From assembly GCA_963717145.1 (NCBI GenBank), contig OY970325.1:1056001-1120000 (forward strand): a stretch of 64,000 bases of DNA, in the 5' to 3' direction. The notes under the pieces were generated by a model that saw only the letters and a list, made by a program, of their open reading frames with translations, had not been told where the DNA came from and ran no database searches. The position numbers were made by a program, and so were the translations under genes. This DNA is from an uncultured Armatimonadetes bacterium (GTDB taxonomy: Bacteria; Armatimonadota; UBA5829; DTJY01). This document shows, piece after piece, positions 28,320-37,250 of this stretch; within the stretch, counting starts at the first letter, position 1; every line of letters starts with the position of its first letter.

Positions 28320-29729
28320 ATGACCGATTCAGCACAGGACACTCTGCGCCGTTTGCCGGCGGTCGATAAGCTGCTTAACGAGCCCTCGCTCATATCTCTG
28401 CAGGAGTCAGTCCCGAGAGCACTCGTCGTCCAGGCGGCTCGGACGGTGCTCGATGTTCTGCGTGAAGAGGTCAGAGCCGGCGGCGTCCTCGATGAAGCGG
28501 AGTTCTTGCCCGACCGTATCGTTGACGACGTCACGGATCTTGCTCGCAAGCTTGCCACACCCTCACTGCGCCGGGGCGTCAACGCGACCGGCATCATTCT
28601 GCACACGGGTCTGGGACGCGCGGTGCTCCCGGAGGCAGCTCGGTTCGCGATCGGGGAAGTGGCCGCCGGTCACTCGACGCTCGAAATCGATGTTGAGACG
28701 GGGGCAAGGGGCTCTCGGTCCGCGCACTACCGGCGGCTCCTGTGCGATCTGTGCGGCTCAGAGTCGGCGTTTGCGGTGAACAACAACGCCGGCGGGGTAC
28801 TGCTGGCGCTGAATACCCTGGCGGCGGGCCGGGAAGTGATCGTCTCGCGCGGCCAACTCGTCGAGATCGGCGGATCGTTCCGCATGCCGGACATCATGAC
28901 CCGAGCCGGGGTGCGCCTCGTCGAGGTCGGCACGACGAATCGCACGCGCATATCCGACTTCGAACAGGCCGTCACCGATGACACCGCCCTCCTGCTTCGA
29001 GTCCACCCCAGCAACTACCGGATACTGGGCTTCACCGAGGAGGCATCCCTGGAGCAGATGGTCGAACTCGGACAGCGATTCGGCATCCCCGTGATGGACG
29101 ACGTAGGCAGCGGCGCACTGATCGACTTGGCGCAGTACGGCCTCCAAAGTGAGCCATTGGTCCAGGAGAGCGTTCGTGCCGGGGCGGATATCGTCACCTT
29201 CAGTGGTGATAAGCTCCTCGGTGGACCTCAGGCGGGGCTGGTGGTCGGCAAACGGGAACCTGTGGACGCGATGTCGGGCAATCCGCTCGCACGGGCGTTG
29301 AGGCTCGACAAGCTCGCGCTCGCGGGACTCGAGGCGACGCTCAGGCTCTACCTTGATCCGGAGTCCGCCGTGCGGGAGATACCTGCTCTGCGAGCCATCA
29401 CGCGGCCACTCGCCGAGATCCAGGCCGCCGCCCTGGAACTGGCCCGGCGAATCGACGCCCTTGGGTTGGAAGGCGTCACAGCGCAGGTCGTAGATGGCAT
29501 GTCTCAGGTGGGAGGCGGCTCGCTCCCCGGCGAGGAGCTTCCATCCAGGCTGGTGGCGCTCACCTCACCGTCGTTACGCCCCGACGAGATCGCCCGGGGA
29601 TTCAGGCGCAGTTCCCCGCCGATCTTCGGTAGAGTGGGGGATGATCGGTTTCTCCTCGACCTCAGAACGGTGGGAGACGAAGAGATCGATGCGATAACCT
29701 CAGCCGCCGAATGTTTTTTCCGTCGCTGA
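28320..29729 (+). CDS. selA: L-seryl-tRNA(Sec) selenium transferase
   Basis: NATGIILHTGLGRA, VNNNA, SRGQLVEIGGSFR, VGTTNRT, FSGDKLLGGPQAG (PLP Lys); tRNA-Sec nearby. Confidence 0.97.
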   Translation: MTDSAQDTLRRLPAVDKLLNEPSLISLQESVPRALVVQAARTVLDVLREEVRAGGVLDEAEFLPDRIVDDVTDLARKLATPSLRRGVNATGIILHTGLGRAVLPEAARFAIGEVAAGHSTLEIDVETGARGSRSAHYRRLLCDLCGSESAFAVNNNAGGVLLALNTLAAGREVIVSRGQLVEIGGSFRMPDIMTRAGVRLVEVGTTNRTRISDFEQAVTDDTALLLRVHPSNYRILGFTEEASLEQMVELGQRFGIPVMDDVGSGALIDLAQYGLQSEPLVQESVRAGADIVTFSGDKLLGGPQAGLVVGKREPVDAMSGNPLARALRLDKLALAGLEATLRLYLDPESAVREIPALRAITRPLAEIQAAALELARRIDALGLEGVTAQVVDGMSQVGGGSLPGEELPSRLVALTSPSLRPDEIARGFRRSSPPIFGRVGDDRFLLDLRTVGDEEIDAITSAAECFFRR

Positions 29730-29806
29730 CCTTCTGCTCCGCACGCCTCAAGCCGATAATCAGAGTTGTATAACCTGGTCGTTGACCCCGGCAAGGAGGA
29801 TTTGCG

Positions 29807-30484
29807 TTGAACGAAAGCTTATCGGAAGAACTCCCTCAGAAGCCCGCAGCACGAGAACCCGAGTCCTCGACCGACGGCGTGTTGGGTATGTTGAATCTCC
29901 GTTCAGCCAAGCTCGGCGCCCCGGACGGGCATAGCGAGCGTGTAGCCGTCTACGCGACGGCGATCGGGAAACAGCTCGACCTCTGCGAGAAGACTCTGAA
30001 GGACCTCCAGAGCGCCGCTGTTCTCCACGATATCGGCAAAGTGGGTATCTCACCGTCGATCGTGGAGAAGCTCGGACGCCTCTCGGACCGCGAGTTCGAG
30101 ATCATGCGCCTGCACTCGACGATCGCTATCCGGATGCTGGAGCAGGTCAAGGGCCTCGAGGATTCGCTCCCAATGATCAAGCACCATCACGAGCGGTTTG
30201 ACGGCAAAGGGTACCCGGATGGACTCGGCGGCCGTGACATTCCTCTCGGCGCGAGGGTGATCGCCGTTGCAGAGACCTTCGACATCCTAGTGTCCAACGT
30301 TCCCTGGCGTGAGGCGCTGCCGATCGACCGTGCGATCGAGGAGATGAAGGACAGCTCAGGCACGCAGTTCGATCCGATCGTAGTAGAGGCGTTCCTCTCG
30401 GCATACGAGAGCAATCTGCTCATGTTGCCGGAAGAGATCATCGGCGACCGCAGAGATTCCGAACCACACACCAAGCCAAACTAG
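29807..30484 (+). CDS. Stand-alone HD-GYP domain phosphodiesterase
   Basis: HSERVA, LHDIGK, HHERFDGKGYPDGL, GTQFDP; TTG after GGAGG. Confidence 0.92.
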   Translation: MNESLSEELPQKPAAREPESSTDGVLGMLNLRSAKLGAPDGHSERVAVYATAIGKQLDLCEKTLKDLQSAAVLHDIGKVGISPSIVEKLGRLSDREFEIMRLHSTIAIRMLEQVKGLEDSLPMIKHHHERFDGKGYPDGLGGRDIPLGARVIAVAETFDILVSNVPWREALPIDRAIEEMKDSSGTQFDPIVVEAFLSAYESNLLMLPEEIIGDRRDSEPHTKPN

Positions 30485-30495
30485 TGTCAAGACAC

Positions 30496-30561
30496 GTCAT
30501 AACTAGCAGAGCGAAGAAACTGTCCCGACGGGACGGATTCTTCGCTCTGCTCATTAATGAC
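30496..30561. repeat. Palindromic element GTCAT...GAGCGAAGAA / TTCTTCGCTC...ATGAC
   Basis: Perfect arms agcagagcgaagaa (30505-30518) / ttcttcgctctgct (30538-30551). Confidence 0.7.
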
Positions 30562-30568
30562 CCCGCGC

Positions 30569-30597
30569 TTGACAGGCCCTCCGTCGTGACGTATACT
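30569..30597 (+). promoter_or_regulatory. sigma70 promoter of tRNA-Sec
   Basis: TTGACA-N17-TATACT followed by GC-rich discriminator. Confidence 0.85.
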
Positions 30598-30614
30598 GCC
30601 GACACCAGCCGCGT

Positions 30615-30711
30615 GGGGGCGGATTGGGCCTGGTGGCTTGCCTGGTCTTCAAAATCAGTGCGAGGCCTGAAGAGGGTCTCGGGTGGGTTCGATTCCCACA
30701 CGCTCCCGCCA
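30615..30711 (+). tRNA. selC: tRNA-Sec (UCA)
   Basis: Anticodon arm ctggt-ctTCAaa-atcag, long variable arm, T arm gtggg-ttcgatt-cccac, extended acceptor stem, G discriminator and encoded CCA. Confidence 0.93.
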
Positions 30712-30718
30712 GATTCTG

Positions 30719-31670
30719 CTATCGTGTTCGACGATGACGCCTCCGCACTAACCCCGCGAGCGCTCCCATGCCTCCGAGAAGCGCCACTACTGAGGACGGC
30801 TCGGGTACGATCCTGAGGGCCATGTATGCCGGACGATTCAGCCCGCAGACGGTGAACCAATCGGTGTACCGACCCGTGTTTCCGTCATAGCGAAGGATGC
30901 GGTCAGTGCCGGCGCTGGCGACATACAGATTTCCATCCGGGCCGAACAGAATCCCTGTCGGCCTGTTCACACCCGCGCCCGATGAGAATATCCTGCGGTA
31001 CGCGCCTGTCGAACCGTTGTATCTCAGTATCTGATTGCTGCCGAGGCTGCTGACATACAGGTCACCATCGGGACCAAACGTCAGGCCGGACGGGGCACGC
31101 AGTGGACTTCCGGACGCGAATGCTCCCATTGGCAAGCCCGTGTCGCCGTCATAGCGCATTACTTTGTCGGAGCCGGAACTGCTCACATACAGATTGCCGT
31201 CGGGTCCGGCAATGATTCCATCCGGACTTTTCAGTCCGTCAGCCTGATGCAAAGACCCCCGCGAAGGCCCCCGTCGAACCATCATAGCTGAGCACCTGGT
31301 CAGAGCCGTAGCTGTTGACGTACAGATTGCCGTCCGGTCCAAACGTGAGCCCGGATGGCTTGTTCAGTCCACCACCGGACGCGAAGATTCCCATGTAGGC
31401 GCCTGTGAAGCCGTTGTACCGCAGCACCTGGTTGCCGTTGTATGAGCTGACGTAGAGGTGATGATCCGGGCCGAACGCGATGCCTCGCGGCTGATCGGGC
31501 AGAATGCCTGTCAGGAAGGAGTCGATCTGAGTGCCGGTCACTCCGTTGTAGCGGGTGACTTGATTGCTCCACTGATTGCTGACGAAGAACTCATAGGTCG
31601 ATGCACTGCCCACCGCTGCTCCCACGAGGGAAAGTGCACAGAGAAGCAGGAAAAGAAGCCGAGTACGCAC
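30719..31670 (-). pseudogene. PEP-CTERM beta-propeller (NHL/Vgb-like) surface protein split by a 1-nt frameshift near 31242
   Basis: Signal peptide; repeats P.GL.FGPDG.LYVSS....VLRY.G.TG; C-terminal VPEPSS-TM-RRRHRR; SD AGGAGGT before GTG 31670. Confidence 0.88.
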
Positions 31671-31719
31671 GTGTTACCTCCTCCGCCACTTCCTATGGCG
31701 GAATGCCAAGAGGCTTCTA

Positions 31720-31736
31720 TGCACGAATCGTGCCAA
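31720..31736 (-). promoter_or_regulatory. sigma54 (-24/-12) promoter of PEP-CTERM gene
   Basis: Minus strand TTGGCACGATTCGTGCA (GG-N10-GC). Confidence 0.75.
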
Positions 31737-31850
31737 ACTCAGCCGTTGTCACATATGTGACGAAGAATTCATACATGTAGTAGGTGTTGGGGTCACATTC
31801 GATAGTTGCGCTGTCCTTGATCGCGAACTCCTACGCAGGGAAAAACAGTG

Positions 31851-33212
31851 CGTGTTGCCTCATTTAACTTTGTTACCGAAACGCCATTCGTTGCGTCATT
31901 GATAATGTTACCAAGTAGTGTGTTCAAGTATGTCAGATCGGCTCTTGATCGCCGCTCAGGGCCGCGCCTTGCTCGCTTTCGATCTGTCTTTGTTCGGCAT
32001 CCTGTCAAGCTTTGATGATAGCCTGTGGATGCGTCTTAGTAGCTCCACCGGGTTCGTCGCTCTACGTTCTTTATCGAGGCGATCCTTTGCTTCATCGTCA
32101 AGCCATCCTTCAACACTTATCAGCTTGCGGTACGGCGTCATCGCAGGCTCATAGCGTTTGATCACTTTACTCCCAATCCGCTCCTTTTCTTTAAGACGCA
32201 TCATGGGCTGACAGAAGTTGTGATACGCCACGATCAGCGGATATATCGCCTTTAGTACCGCAAGCTGCTCGTCCGTCTCGAATCGCCGGTAACCTATAAA
32301 CTGCCGGACTACGCTCCAGTTCTTCTGCTCTACATGACATTGATCGTTCTTCTTGTAAGGCCGACTGCGCGTAAACGTGATCCTGTGCGCTCGACAGTAC
32401 TTGTTCATGTGATGGTTGATGAACTCGCCGCCGTTGTCGGTATCTATGCCTCTGACTGCAAACGGTGCGCTCTTGGACGCGGACTGCACCGCAAGCACGG
32501 TTCCGTGCTCCCCTCGGCCTTTCATTCCATCAAGCGCTACCCATCCGGTCGCTACATCAGTCATAGTCAAAGTATACAGGAACTCTCCGCTCCCGTCACC
32601 TCCGCAATGACCCACCAAGTCCATCTCGAAGAACCCAGGCTCAGCTTCATCCCAGTCGGCAAACGTCCTCACCGGGATCTGAGACCGAAGCAGTGTCCCC
32701 GGCTTTGTTAAGGTCCTCCCTGTTAGCGATAGGGCAGACCGCTCCTTCTTCATCAACCTGTCGATGCTCGACGCGCTGATCGAGTTAAGCAGCCTCTCTT
32801 CTTCTGGTGTAACCGTTATCTCCCCGAATGACTCCAGTATGGGTAGAAACTCAGTCAGAAACGGCTGCAGACGCTTACCGCACGCGTAGAAACTCGCAGC
32901 CCAGAGTGTCTTCAGCTTGTGGGCTATCGGCTCGTATTTCGACTTCCTTGCGCGTCTCACTGGACTCCTCGCTGGTGGAACTCCTTTCGCGAACAGCCTC
33001 ACCAGCGACTTCCTGTGGTAACCGGTCAATCCCTGGACTTCACTCAATACCAGCTTCTTCTCCGATTTGGTGGCTTTGCCATATTCTTTGCGTTTGCGCC
33101 TCACGACTTCTCTTACGGATGCAGTTGTCATCTTCTCCATGCCTCAGTTTCGGTAACATTCTTATCTGAGGCAACGTTTCCGTTTCGGTAACATCGTTCG
33201 TGAAGCAATTCG
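31851..33212 (-). mobile_element. Insertion sequence (rve/DDE, ISNCY/IS481-like) with long repeat-containing inverted ends
   Basis: Ends cgtgttgcctca...tgttaccgaaacg and cgtttcggtaaca...tgaagcaattcg; CAGTG direct repeat at 31846-31850 and 33213-33217. Confidence 0.8.
31956..33140 (-). CDS. DDE transposase / integrase core domain
   Basis: GYHRKSL HTH, FFEMDLVGHCG, IDTDNGGEFIN, RSRPYKKNDQCHVEQKN. Confidence 0.92.
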   Translation of the reverse strand: MEKMTTASVREVVRRKRKEYGKATKSEKKLVLSEVQGLTGYHRKSLVRLFAKGVPPARSPVRRARKSKYEPIAHKLKTLWAASFYACGKRLQPFLTEFLPILESFGEITVTPEEERLLNSISASSIDRLMKKERSALSLTGRTLTKPGTLLRSQIPVRTFADWDEAEPGFFEMDLVGHCGGDGSGEFLYTLTMTDVATGWVALDGMKGRGEHGTVLAVQSASKSAPFAVRGIDTDNGGEFINHHMNKYCRAHRITFTRSRPYKKNDQCHVEQKNWSVVRQFIGYRRFETDEQLAVLKAIYPLIVAYHNFCQPMMRLKEKERIGSKVIKRYEPAMTPYRKLISVEGWLDDEAKDRLDKERRATNPVELLRRIHRLSSKLDRMPNKDRSKASKARP

Positions 33213-33217
33213 CAGTG

Positions 33218-33246
33218 TTGCATTTGCGCGCAAGCTGGTGTATAAT
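33218..33246 (+). promoter_or_regulatory. sigma70 promoter of tRNA-Ala
   Basis: TTGCAT-N17-TATAAT. Confidence 0.8.
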
Positions 33247-33260
33247 AACATCCGACGCGT

Positions 33261-33336
33261 GGGGGTTTAGCTCAGCTGGGAGAGCGTCACGCTGGCAGCG
33301 TGAATGTCAGGGGTTCGAATCCCCTAACCTCCACCA
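33261..33336 (+). tRNA. tRNA-Ala (GGC)
   Basis: 76-nt cloverleaf, anticodon GGC at 33294-33296, G3-U70 pair, TTCGAAT loop, encoded CCA. Confidence 0.97.
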
Positions 33337-33373
33337 TTTTCTTTTTACCTTGCTTAGGATCAGGCCGCACGCT

Positions 33374-34081
33374 TTGAACTCGAATGCATGTCTCCAACGG
33401 CGTCTCCGTCGATACGTCGTCTCCGCTTGCCTACTTCTGACCCTTGTCGCCACACTCGCTTCACCGTTGCTCTCGGCTCCGAAAGAGACAGCCCCGAGGA
33501 TTCCTGACCTGCTGATGCTCGTGTGGGTCAGGGAGCAGATGGACAGCGTCTCTTACACGTATCAGAATGTCGTGAAGCGCAGCGTCGCCGAGAAACATTT
33601 GGCGAATCTGCTTCAGGAAACGGGTTGGTCCGCAAACAACATTCAGGTTCAGGACCTCAAGATGGCGGACGGCAGCGCGACAACGACCGTCGAGTTCACG
33701 ACCCTCGGAACGGTCAACCTGGCGTCCGGCGGATTTCCCCTCGAACCCATCGTAAAGGCCTTCAAGGATTTACACTATCTGGAGATACAGTTTGTGATTT
33801 CCATGCCGTTCACTTTCCAGGGTCTGCAGCATTTCGAGAATAAGTACGTTAAGATCGTGCTCAATCGTGGCACTAATGTCTACGGGTACAGTGCGTTCAT
33901 AAAGGATCCGAGTTTCCAGACTCTGAACCTGCCACTGGTACAGCCGGCGGTGTCTGCAGCCCCAGAACCTGACGGGAAGCGCTCCAATTTGCTGGACCTG
34001 GCGCTGATTCTGTTACTGGGTACTCTCGCTGCGATGGTGGTCTATTTCGCTATGAGATGCGCATCGCGCAGAGGGAGTTGA
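33374..34081 (+). CDS. Hypothetical exported protein with C-terminal membrane anchor (start uncertain)
   Basis: Signal-like hydrophobic stretch and C-terminal TM helix; track ORF start 33200 overlaps tRNA so a later TTG was chosen. Confidence 0.6.
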   Translation: MNSNACLQRRLRRYVVSACLLLTLVATLASPLLSAPKETAPRIPDLLMLVWVREQMDSVSYTYQNVVKRSVAEKHLANLLQETGWSANNIQVQDLKMADGSATTTVEFTTLGTVNLASGGFPLEPIVKAFKDLHYLEIQFVISMPFTFQGLQHFENKYVKIVLNRGTNVYGYSAFIKDPSFQTLNLPLVQPAVSAAPEPDGKRSNLLDLALILLLGTLAAMVVYFAMRCASRRGS

Positions 34082-34097
34082 AGGAGATGATTGTTTC

Positions 34098-35159
34098 ATG
34101 GACTTAACCGAACTTCTGAAGATAGGCGAGGAGCGCCGTGCATCCGACCTGTTCCTCAAAGAGGCTTCCCCTCCCGTGCTCCGCGTACACGGACGGATCG
34201 ACTCCATCGAGGGATATCCGGTCCTGAGCGCCGAGGATGTGCGTGACCTCTGCTACAGCATCATGACCCACGACCAGATCGGCCGCTTCGAGCACCGGCA
34301 TGAGATGGATCTCGCATTCACGATCGAAGCAGTCACCAGGGTCAGGGCCAATATCTACCAGCAGCGGGGCAGCATGGGCATGGTATGCAGGCTGATTCCG
34401 CTCAGCATCTACAGCCTCGACGACCTCGGGTTGCCCGTCGTACTCAAGGATATGACCCTGCATCGCCAGGGCCTCATTCTCGTCACCGGCCCCACGGGAT
34501 GCGGCAAGTCGACCACTCTCGCCGCCATGATCGACCTTATCAACCAGACCCGGCGGTGCAACATCGTGACGGTAGAGGATCCAATCGAGTTCGTGCACCC
34601 CGACAAGAAGGGGGTCGTCAACCAGAGAGAGATCGGCATCGATACGGCTTCGTTCACAGAAGCCCTGAAATACGTTGTGCGCCAGAGCCCGGACGTCATC
34701 CTGATCGGTGAGATGCGCGACGTCGAAACGATGAATGTCGCGCTTCAGGCATCTGAAACCGGCCACCTGGTCCTTTCCACGGTGCATACCTCCAGCGCAT
34801 CCGAGACCCTCGACCGGATCATCAACATGTTCCCGCCGCACGACAAGCCGCAGATCTGTCTGCGCATGTCACAGTCGCTCAGAGGGATCGTTTCTCAGAA
34901 GCTGATTCCCAAGATCGACGGCGGAGGACGGGTCGCTGCGGTCGAGATCATGATCGCCACGCCGACGATCAGCAAGCTGGTGGAGGAGGGCAGATCGAGC
35001 CAGGTCTATGCGGCCATTAGTGAGGGCGGTTATTGGGGCATGCAGACCATGAACCAGTGCTTGACGAAGTTCTTCAAAGCTGGTCAGATCAGCGAGGAGG
35101 AGGCTTACGTCAGTGCCGGCAACCTCACCGAGCTGAAGCAGATGATCCGCAGACCTTGA
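34098..35159 (+). CDS. pilT: Type IV pilus retraction ATPase PilT/PilU
   Basis: ASDLFL, GPTGCGKSTT, TVEDPIE, PDVILIGEMRD, ETGHLVLSTVH, GMQTMNQ. Confidence 0.92.
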   Translation: MDLTELLKIGEERRASDLFLKEASPPVLRVHGRIDSIEGYPVLSAEDVRDLCYSIMTHDQIGRFEHRHEMDLAFTIEAVTRVRANIYQQRGSMGMVCRLIPLSIYSLDDLGLPVVLKDMTLHRQGLILVTGPTGCGKSTTLAAMIDLINQTRRCNIVTVEDPIEFVHPDKKGVVNQREIGIDTASFTEALKYVVRQSPDVILIGEMRDVETMNVALQASETGHLVLSTVHTSSASETLDRIINMFPPHDKPQICLRMSQSLRGIVSQKLIPKIDGGGRVAAVEIMIATPTISKLVEEGRSSQVYAAISEGGYWGMQTMNQCLTKFFKAGQISEEEAYVSAGNLTELKQMIRRP

Positions 35160-35199
35160 GGCCATTCAGCAAGGCAATATCCAACGGGAGGGCGAGTGC

Positions 35200-35249
35200 C
35201 CATCAGTTGTTGGGGCTGGAGTTCAACCCCAGCCCCAACAGCTCATGGT
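35200..35249. terminator. Strong hairpin after pilT
   Basis: agttgttggggctgg-agttcaacc-ccagccccaacagct. Confidence 0.55.
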
Positions 35250-35514
35250 GATTCGCCCTCCCGTTTCTACGTCTGCCAAGCGTTCATCCATTCACCGACA
35301 GCCCGACAATCTACCCCCGTGCAAGTTTCCACAACGCGCTCATCGGGGATAACAAAAGGACATGCACGCGGTCCCGCACATCAGAGCTTCGACTCCATGA
35401 AGGTATTTCCGGTTGGATGTCGAACAATGTGTTACGCCACCGGTGATCTGTGACTGTGATCTTCTGTGCGGGATGCCTGGTGATGTATCTGTGTGCAGGA
35501 AAGGAAACTTGGTC

Positions 35515-35865
35515 ATGGAGAACGACCTCGACATACTCGTGAGCCGGACCGACTCCGGCACCGTTCTGGAGCTGGCGGGTGATATTGACTCTTTCAACGC
35601 CCGGCAGTTGCAGGAGGCTATTCGGGACCTGCTGGCATCCGGCGAGAAGAAGATACTTGTCAGCATGTCCCATGTGGACTACATAGACAGCTACGGCCTG
35701 GGGACTCTCGTCGGAGGACTCCGCAGGGCGCGCGAGCACCACGGTGACCTCTCCATTACCGACGCCAGTGCCCAGGTATGCCGAGTACTGAGCGTCACAG
35801 GACTTCACAGGGTTTTCGATTTTTCGATTATCGATGAAGCAGAGGCCACCGACGACATACCCTGA
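35515..35865 (+). CDS. Anti-sigma factor antagonist (STAS domain)
   Basis: LAGDIDSFNA, VDYIDSYGLGTL, VLSVTGL. Confidence 0.9.
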   Translation: MENDLDILVSRTDSGTVLELAGDIDSFNARQLQEAIRDLLASGEKKILVSMSHVDYIDSYGLGTLVGGLRRAREHHGDLSITDASAQVCRVLSVTGLHRVFDFSIIDEAEATDDIP

Positions 35866-35882
35866 TTCAGGCGACGAGAGCA

Positions 35883-37250
35883 ATGGGAGATATGCAAGTG
35901 CAGGTAAAAGAGCCGCCTAGAGAAGCACAAGCCAAGCCGGGAACCGAGCCGGCTGAGGAGACGCAGTTAGCAGATTCCAGGGAAGGTTGGCATCCGGAAG
36001 ACCTGAAGATGTTCAAGTTTCTTCGGGAAGTCGTCAACCGCATCGAGATTGCATACGTGGCGACGTATCCGCCGCAGGAGTGCGGAATTGCTACGTTCAC
36101 AAAGGATCTCGTCACGGCCATCGCGAAGTACACGCCCTTTTCAGAGCCGTCAGTTGCCGCGGTCACCGCCGACGTGGCGATCGAGCAGTATCCGAAGACG
36201 GTGAAGTACCACATCGCCAAGCCCGATCGGCAGTCCTTCATCGATGCCGCAAACAGGATCAACGATTCATCCATCGACCTCGTGAGCGTGCAGCATGAGT
36301 ACGGGATCTTCGGGGGGGACGACGGTTCGCACATCCTGGCCTTCATGGAGCACCTCGATAAGCCGATCGTGACCACGCTTCATACGGTTCTCTCCAATCC
36401 CAGCGATGGTCAACGAAGTGTCATGAACGGTATCGCGCAGCTCTCGGGCGCGCTCGTTGTGATGATAAAGGCCGGCCGCAACATCCTGCTGAACAATTAC
36501 GAGGTACCTCCCGGCAAAGCGGTCGTGATCCCCCACGGCGTCCCGAACGTCCATCGTGTCAGTTCGGTGTCCGTGAAGAAGTCGCTCGGCATCGCGAACC
36601 GGCCGGTCATCTCCACCTTCGGGCTGATCAGCAGGGGCAAAGGGATCGAAGGTGGCATCAAGGCTATGCCGAGGATTCTCGAGAAGCTACCGGACGCCAT
36701 GTATCTCGTTCTGGGGGAGACTCACCCGGGAGTGCGGCGACATGAGGGGGAGAGCTATCGGAATGAGCTTCTCCAGCTCGTTTCTGACCTGGGGATCGAG
36801 AAGAACGTCCGCTTCAACAACCGCTATCTGTCACTGGAGGAGCTGATCAACTACCTTTGTGCGACGGACGTCTACCTGACCCCTTACATCAACAAGGACC
36901 AGATCACCAGTGGCGCGCTCGCCTATGCGATCGGCTGTGGAAAACCAACCGTTTCGACGCCCTACCTGTATGCGGAGGAAGTGCTTTCCGATGGGCGAGG
37001 GATACTCGTGGATTTTCAGGACAGCGACGCCATGGCCGACGCCGTCACAAAGATCCTCGGTGACCCGGTGCTGCGCGAGCAGATGGAGTCGAAGGCGTAC
37101 AGATACGGCCGCCGGGCGGCATGGTTCAATGTGGCCATCGACTATCTCGACCTGTTCCACAGACTATGCGTAATGTGCAAAGCGCCTCAGCCGACATCAA
37201 GAACCAGCGACGGCGAGAGTGAGGCCCCGCGCGGAGGGTCTCCCTGTTGA
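35883..37250 (+). CDS. GT4 family glycosyltransferase
   Basis: TYPPQECGIATFT, QHEYGIFGG, VTTLHT, IPHG, TFGLISRGKGIE, TSGALAYA. Confidence 0.9.
   Translation: MGDMQVQVKEPPREAQAKPGTEPAEETQLADSREGWHPEDLKMFKFLREVVNRIEIAYVATYPPQECGIATFTKDLVTAIAKYTPFSEPSVAAVTADVAIEQYPKTVKYHIAKPDRQSFIDAANRINDSSIDLVSVQHEYGIFGGDDGSHILAFMEHLDKPIVTTLHTVLSNPSDGQRSVMNGIAQLSGALVVMIKAGRNILLNNYEVPPGKAVVIPHGVPNVHRVSSVSVKKSLGIANRPVISTFGLISRGKGIEGGIKAMPRILEKLPDAMYLVLGETHPGVRRHEGESYRNELLQLVSDLGIEKNVRFNNRYLSLEELINYLCATDVYLTPYINKDQITSGALAYAIGCGKPTVSTPYLYAEEVLSDGRGILVDFQDSDAMADAVTKILGDPVLREQMESKAYRYGRRAAWFNVAIDYLDLFHRLCVMCKAPQPTSRTSDGESEAPRGGSPC

Noticed and set aside
30484-30816. 110-aa ORF
   Set aside because: Overlaps a palindrome, a promoter and tRNA-Sec.
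31239-31241. UGA in the PEP-CTERM gene as a selenocysteine codon (it lies near selC)
   Set aside because: The downstream propeller repeats are in a different frame, so read-through would not restore the protein.
30712-33260. Integrative island at tRNA-Sec or tRNA-Ala
   Set aside because: No tyrosine/serine integrase and no duplicated tRNA 3' end seen; the only mobile gene is a DDE transposase with its own ends.
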